A DNA stretch of 28,988 bases from positions 1 through 28,988 of the forward strand of contig JBDHHQ010000056.1 of the NCBI GenBank assembly GCA_039589315.1, written 5' to 3'. How positions within the stretch are numbered: position 1 is the stretch's first letter; every line of letters begins with the position of its first letter. Positions 25,628-28,988 of the stretch are shown here, one piece after another. The stretch comes from Gemmatimonadota bacterium. GTDB taxonomy: Bacteria > Gemmatimonadota > Gemmatimonadetes > Longimicrobiales > Gaopeijiaceae. The position numbers and the translations under genes are program-made. The notes beneath the pieces were generated by a model. That model was not told where the DNA came from. It was given only the letters and a program-made list of their open reading frames with translations, and searched no databases.

Positions 25628-26713
25628 CTAGCGTCCCTGTCCGACGATCCTGCGATAGCTCTCGGCTTCCCACCTCGGACGATCGGGAGCGTTGGCGACC
25701 TCGAGGCCCAGATAGAAGACGAGGCGCGCGATCCGGGACGTCTTCTCCGCGTCGATCAGCTCCGGCTCGTCGGAAGGCCGGTGATAATCCTCGTGCGTCC
25801 CGTTGAAGAAGAACAGCACCGGGACACCCTTCCGGGCGAAGTTGTAGTGGTCGGACCGCGTGTAGAAGCTCTCCTCCGGCCACAGATCGTCGATGGGGTC
25901 CATGCCGAGCTCCGGGTGCCGGTCGGCCACGGCGTGGAGGGTGGCACCCAGGTCGGAGTGCTCCTTGCCGATGGCCACGATGGTGTCCGGCCAGTTTCGG
26001 CCCACCATGTCCAGGTTGAGGTTGGCGACCATCTGACCGGTGGGCACGGGGGGATTGTCGGCGAAGTACCGGCTGCCCCAGAGGCCCCGCTCCTCGCCGC
26101 TCACCCAGAGGAAGATGATGGAGCGCCGCGGGGCGGGCTCCAACGCCGCGAACGCCTCGGCGATCTCCAGGACTGCCACCGTCCCCGAGGCGTCGTCGTC
26201 GGCGCCGTTGTAGATGCTGTCTCCCGAGGCGTCGGGCTGTCCCACACCCACATGGTCCATGTGCGCCGAAAGCACTACGTACTCGTCGCGCAGGACGGGA
26301 TCGCTCCCTTCGAGGATGCCCACCACGTTCGGTGCCCGGATCACGTTGCCAGGCGAGGTGCCGCCGGTCAGCTCGACCTCGTACCGCTGCTGGTAGCCTT
26401 CGTCGCCGCCGGGGGTGATGCCCATGGCCTCCAGCTCCCCAGCCAGCCAGGCGGCGGTGGCGTCCAGCTCGGGACTGGGGGTCCTGCGGCCCTGCATGGA
26501 GTCGTGGGCGATCACGCCGATGCGGCGCGAGACGTCGTCCGGTGTGATGGTGGCGGCGGCGGCGGTATCGAGCACGACCGGAGCCTCGCGGTCCGCATCG
26601 GTCACGGCTACCGTCGCCGCCTGCGCACCGCCCGTTGCGGCCGCTTCGCGGTCCGAGCAGGCCAGGAGGGGAAAGGCGGTCAGCGCCAATGCCACGTAAC
26701 AGACGGCGTTCAT
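25628..26713 (-). CDS. M28 family zinc peptidase, lipoprotein
   Basis: Lipobox LLA-C. Zinc and catalytic motifs SAHMDH, NGADDDASG, SGEERGLWGS, NLDM, RSDH and DYHRPSD. Confidence 0.92.
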   Translation of the reverse strand: MNAVCYVALALTAFPLLACSDREAAATGGAQAATVAVTDADREAPVVLDTAAAATITPDDVSRRIGVIAHDSMQGRRTPSPELDATAAWLAGELEAMGITPGGDEGYQQRYEVELTGGTSPGNVIRAPNVVGILEGSDPVLRDEYVVLSAHMDHVGVGQPDASGDSIYNGADDDASGTVAVLEIAEAFAALEPAPRRSIIFLWVSGEERGLWGSRYFADNPPVPTGQMVANLNLDMVGRNWPDTIVAIGKEHSDLGATLHAVADRHPELGMDPIDDLWPEESFYTRSDHYNFARKGVPVLFFFNGTHEDYHRPSDEPELIDAEKTSRIARLVFYLGLEVANAPDRPRWEAESYRRIVGQGR

Positions 26714-26854
26714 GGAGTATGGTCCTTCTCGCGTGAGTCCCGTTCGGTCAGGAGAGGGATCTACTCCGTCGCCCGGCTCGAGATCCGCCGGGCGCGACGT
26801 TCCCCACCCGGTCGTAGGGCGAAGAAAGGGCCCGGCCCCGGGGTCGAGGCGGCA

Positions 26855-28111
26855 TCAACGCAGGTGGGCCATGAGCGCCGCGAGCGAGTCCATGGGGACC
26901 GCGCTCTGGGCGACGAGCCAACCACCGGACCGTGGGATGTCGATGCGGCTCCACCCCTCGGGCGCGACCGGAACGGCCAGCCCGTCGCCCCCGGCCAACC
27001 TCGCCGACGCCACCGCGTCTCGGTCCTGAGCCTCCACCGTTCCCGAGATGAACAGGAGCTCGAGTCGCTCCCCGCCCGGCAGCCGCTGGACGATCCGGAG
27101 ACCTCCCGCTGGGCCGAGGGCCGGATCCACATCGATGGACTCCACCTGCAGCCCCGGGACCATCAGCCCCGCTGGCGAGACCGCCGAAGACTCGAAGGCA
27201 CCCACGCGGGCACGGAACTCTCCCCCTTCCCCGGCCTGCTGGGCCATACGTTCATTGACCTCGTCGAGGCGCTCCTGGGCGGGCGCCAGCGACGAAGATG
27301 ATTCTGCCACGGCGCGGCGAGCCTGGACGTCGGTTGGCTCCTCCACTTCACGATCGGGTTCCCGCCGGTCAGCGAACGCAGAGACGTCGGTCTCCGCTGG
27401 CGCCGGCGGCACCTCCTCCGCAGGGGACTCTTCTTCCGTTGCCTCAGCCACGGCCTTGGCCACGGCGCCGACATCGTCGCTCCGGGGAGAGGAAGGCAGA
27501 GGGGCGGGGGCGTTCTGGGCCTGGCCCGCTTCACCGCCGGCGGGCGCGTCGGCAGTCCGAAAGGCGTCCTCCGGCTTCACCGCCCCACCGGAGACGGTGC
27601 CCGCCGTGGCCAAGTCCGAAGACGCGGCTCCGACCGCCTCCTGCGCTGCGGTCGCCACGGCATCCAGTAGCTCCGTCGAGACGGGCTCGGCGGCAGCGCC
27701 GCGCCCGCCAGCGCCCTCCAGGGCCGACCGGGCAGCGACGTCCGGTGCGCCGGCACCACGATCGAGCGTGGTGCCCCGCACTCCCCAACCAACCGCCAAC
27801 GCGAGGACGATGGACGCGGCCCACGGAAGGAGGGTGGGAGGGACCCGCCGCGCCCGAGCTGCGGGCGCGGGAGGCGCAGCGGCGGCCCTGGCCCGGATCT
27901 CCTCGAAGGGCGGCGCCTCCCCCACCTCCGGACCGGCAGCGCCGAGGATCGCCTCCGCTCCTTCCCGGAGAGCGTTCTCCTCCGCGAGACGTCGGCCGCA
28001 GTCGGGACAGGACCGCAGGTGATCCCGGATCCGTCCGGCCTCTGCCGGCGGGAACAGGTCCAGTGCTCCGTCCAGGTAGGCGTGGATCTCGCCGTCACCG
28101 ACGTGCGGCAT
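26855..28111 (-). CDS. zf-HC2 membrane anti-sigma factor with long extracytoplasmic region
   Basis: MPHVGDGEIHAYLDG...HLRSCPDC, TM segment WAASIVLALAVGWGV and an Ala/Pro/Glu-rich linker. Start at 28111 overlaps the sigma 3' end. Confidence 0.85.
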   Translation of the reverse strand: MPHVGDGEIHAYLDGALDLFPPAEAGRIRDHLRSCPDCGRRLAEENALREGAEAILGAAGPEVGEAPPFEEIRARAAAAPPAPAARARRVPPTLLPWAASIVLALAVGWGVRGTTLDRGAGAPDVAARSALEGAGGRGAAAEPVSTELLDAVATAAQEAVGAASSDLATAGTVSGGAVKPEDAFRTADAPAGGEAGQAQNAPAPLPSSPRSDDVGAVAKAVAEATEEESPAEEVPPAPAETDVSAFADRREPDREVEEPTDVQARRAVAESSSSLAPAQERLDEVNERMAQQAGEGGEFRARVGAFESSAVSPAGLMVPGLQVESIDVDPALGPAGGLRIVQRLPGGERLELLFISGTVEAQDRDAVASARLAGGDGLAVPVAPEGWSRIDIPRSGGWLVAQSAVPMDSLAALMAHLR

Positions 28112-28607
28112 GCTCTTCCTCCGTTTCTTCGTACTCAGCCACCAGGCGCCGTCGGGCCCTGGAAAGGGTCGTCCCGATGGCTCCGATCGCGAGACCGGTC
28201 TGGTCGGCAATCTCGGTATAGCTCAAACCACCACTCCACAGGAGCAGGACCTCGCGGTCTCTCTCGCTCAGGGCGTCCAACGCGTGGCGTACCCGTGCTT
28301 GGGTCTCACGGCGGATCATGTCGTCGGACGGGCTTCCCTGGCCGGTTTCCTGCTGCACTTCGGCCTCCGAGCGCAGGAGCGTCAAGTGGGCCTTGCGGCG
28401 GATGGCCGTCCTGGCCTCGTCCCGCGCCAGGTTGGCGGCTACGGTGAAAAGCCAAGGGCGAGGCCGCTCCGGCTCGTCCCTTAACGCCCGGACGAACGCC
28501 TCCTGGGCGAGCTCCCGGGCCCGCTCCTCGTCCCAGACCTTCCGGTGAATGAACCGGACCAGGTCCGGATAGGTTGAGCGATAAAGCTCGGACCAATCCG
28601 TGCTCAC
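28095..28607 (-). CDS. ECF sigma factor
   Basis: ARELAQEAFVRAL, WLFTVAANLARD and LSERDREVLLLWSGGLSYTEIA...IGTTLSRARRRL. Confidence 0.93.
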   Translation of the reverse strand: MSTDWSELYRSTYPDLVRFIHRKVWDEERARELAQEAFVRALRDEPERPRPWLFTVAANLARDEARTAIRRKAHLTLLRSEAEVQQETGQGSPSDDMIRRETQARVRHALDALSERDREVLLLWSGGLSYTEIADQTGLAIGAIGTTLSRARRRLVAEYEETEEEHAARR

Positions 28608-28735
28608 GTCGTGGCCACCGTTCCGCTTTCCGGGCTCGTCATGGCATGCTCCCGATGCCGTTCACCCCCAATGACGATGGAACGATCGGATCTTGCACAC
28701 CAGGGCTGAGGGGCGCCCATGGTCAAGCAACCCGA

Positions 28736-28988
28736 GCGCCCAGGGAGCGTGTGAAGTGGATGCAGCTCAAGGCAGGCGCGGCGCGTACGAAGCGCCGCGC
28801 CACCCACGACTGCATGGCCAAGGAGCCAAAGTGACCGGATGAGTGGGCTGAGTGTGGATCGTGGGCAGCGACCGGTGCGGTGGACAGGTGCGCGCGAAGC
28901 GCCGCGCCGCCCACCACTTTTCGACCAACGCGTCCAGGGAGCGTGAGAAGTGGATGCAGCTCAAGGCAGGCGCGGCGCGTACGAAGCG
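28736..28988. repeat. Non-coding direct repeat (period 194 bp) with GC-rich hairpins, truncated at the window end
   Basis: 28736-28794 and 28930-28988 match at 57/59 positions. Contains the hairpin GGCGCGGCGC-GTACGAA-GCGCCGCGCC. A partial internal copy cgaagcgccgcgccRcccac lies at 28895. Confidence 0.85.

Noticed and set aside
24992..27301. 769-aa plus-strand ORF and other long overlapping ORFs (e.g. 20843-22384, 16354-17754, 14614-16110)
   Set aside because: They are antisense or alternate-frame to well-supported genes. Long stop-free frames are expected at this GC content.
28736..28988. CRISPR array or integron attC array
   Set aside because: The repeat is at least 59 bp with 135 bp between copies, only two copies are visible, no cas or integrase gene is present, and there are no RYYYAAC/GTTRRRY ends.

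Overview
A GC-rich bacterial chromosomal segment, mostly minus-strand and densely packed. The gene set looks Gemmatimonadota-like, which is an inference and not a database result. From left to right it contains: (1) the 5' end of a CopA-type heavy-metal ATPase, missed by the ORF track, behind a CsoR-type operator; (2) a TPR+SPOR gene, holA, a zf-HC2 anti-sigma and an ECF sigma; (3) a Nudix hydrolase and four M16 peptidase genes forming two alpha/beta pairs, one exported and one cytoplasmic; (4) a SnoaL-like lipoprotein, a TPR protein and apgM; (5) a PLP aminotransferase and a Ycf46-like AAA ATPase; (6) a REC/HD-GYP regulator; (7) a six-gene run of exported protein, iodotyrosine deiodinase-like flavoprotein, GCS2-ligase/CBS fusion, AstE/AspA deacylase, TPR lipoprotein and SRAP; (8) a small STAS-like gene behind a sigma54-like promoter; (9) a Glu/Leu/Phe/Val dehydrogenase, an M28 peptidase and a second ECF/anti-sigma pair; (10) a non-coding 194-bp-period hairpin repeat cut by the window end. 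No rRNA, tRNA, transposase or CRISPR array was seen. The best leads are the GCS2-CBS ligase/deacylase/deiodinase operon, an ECF circuit where a terminator plus two GGAACC-N16-WGTA motifs exactly 60 bp apart precede anti-sigma-holA-SPOR, and the duplicated M16 heterodimer with split localization.
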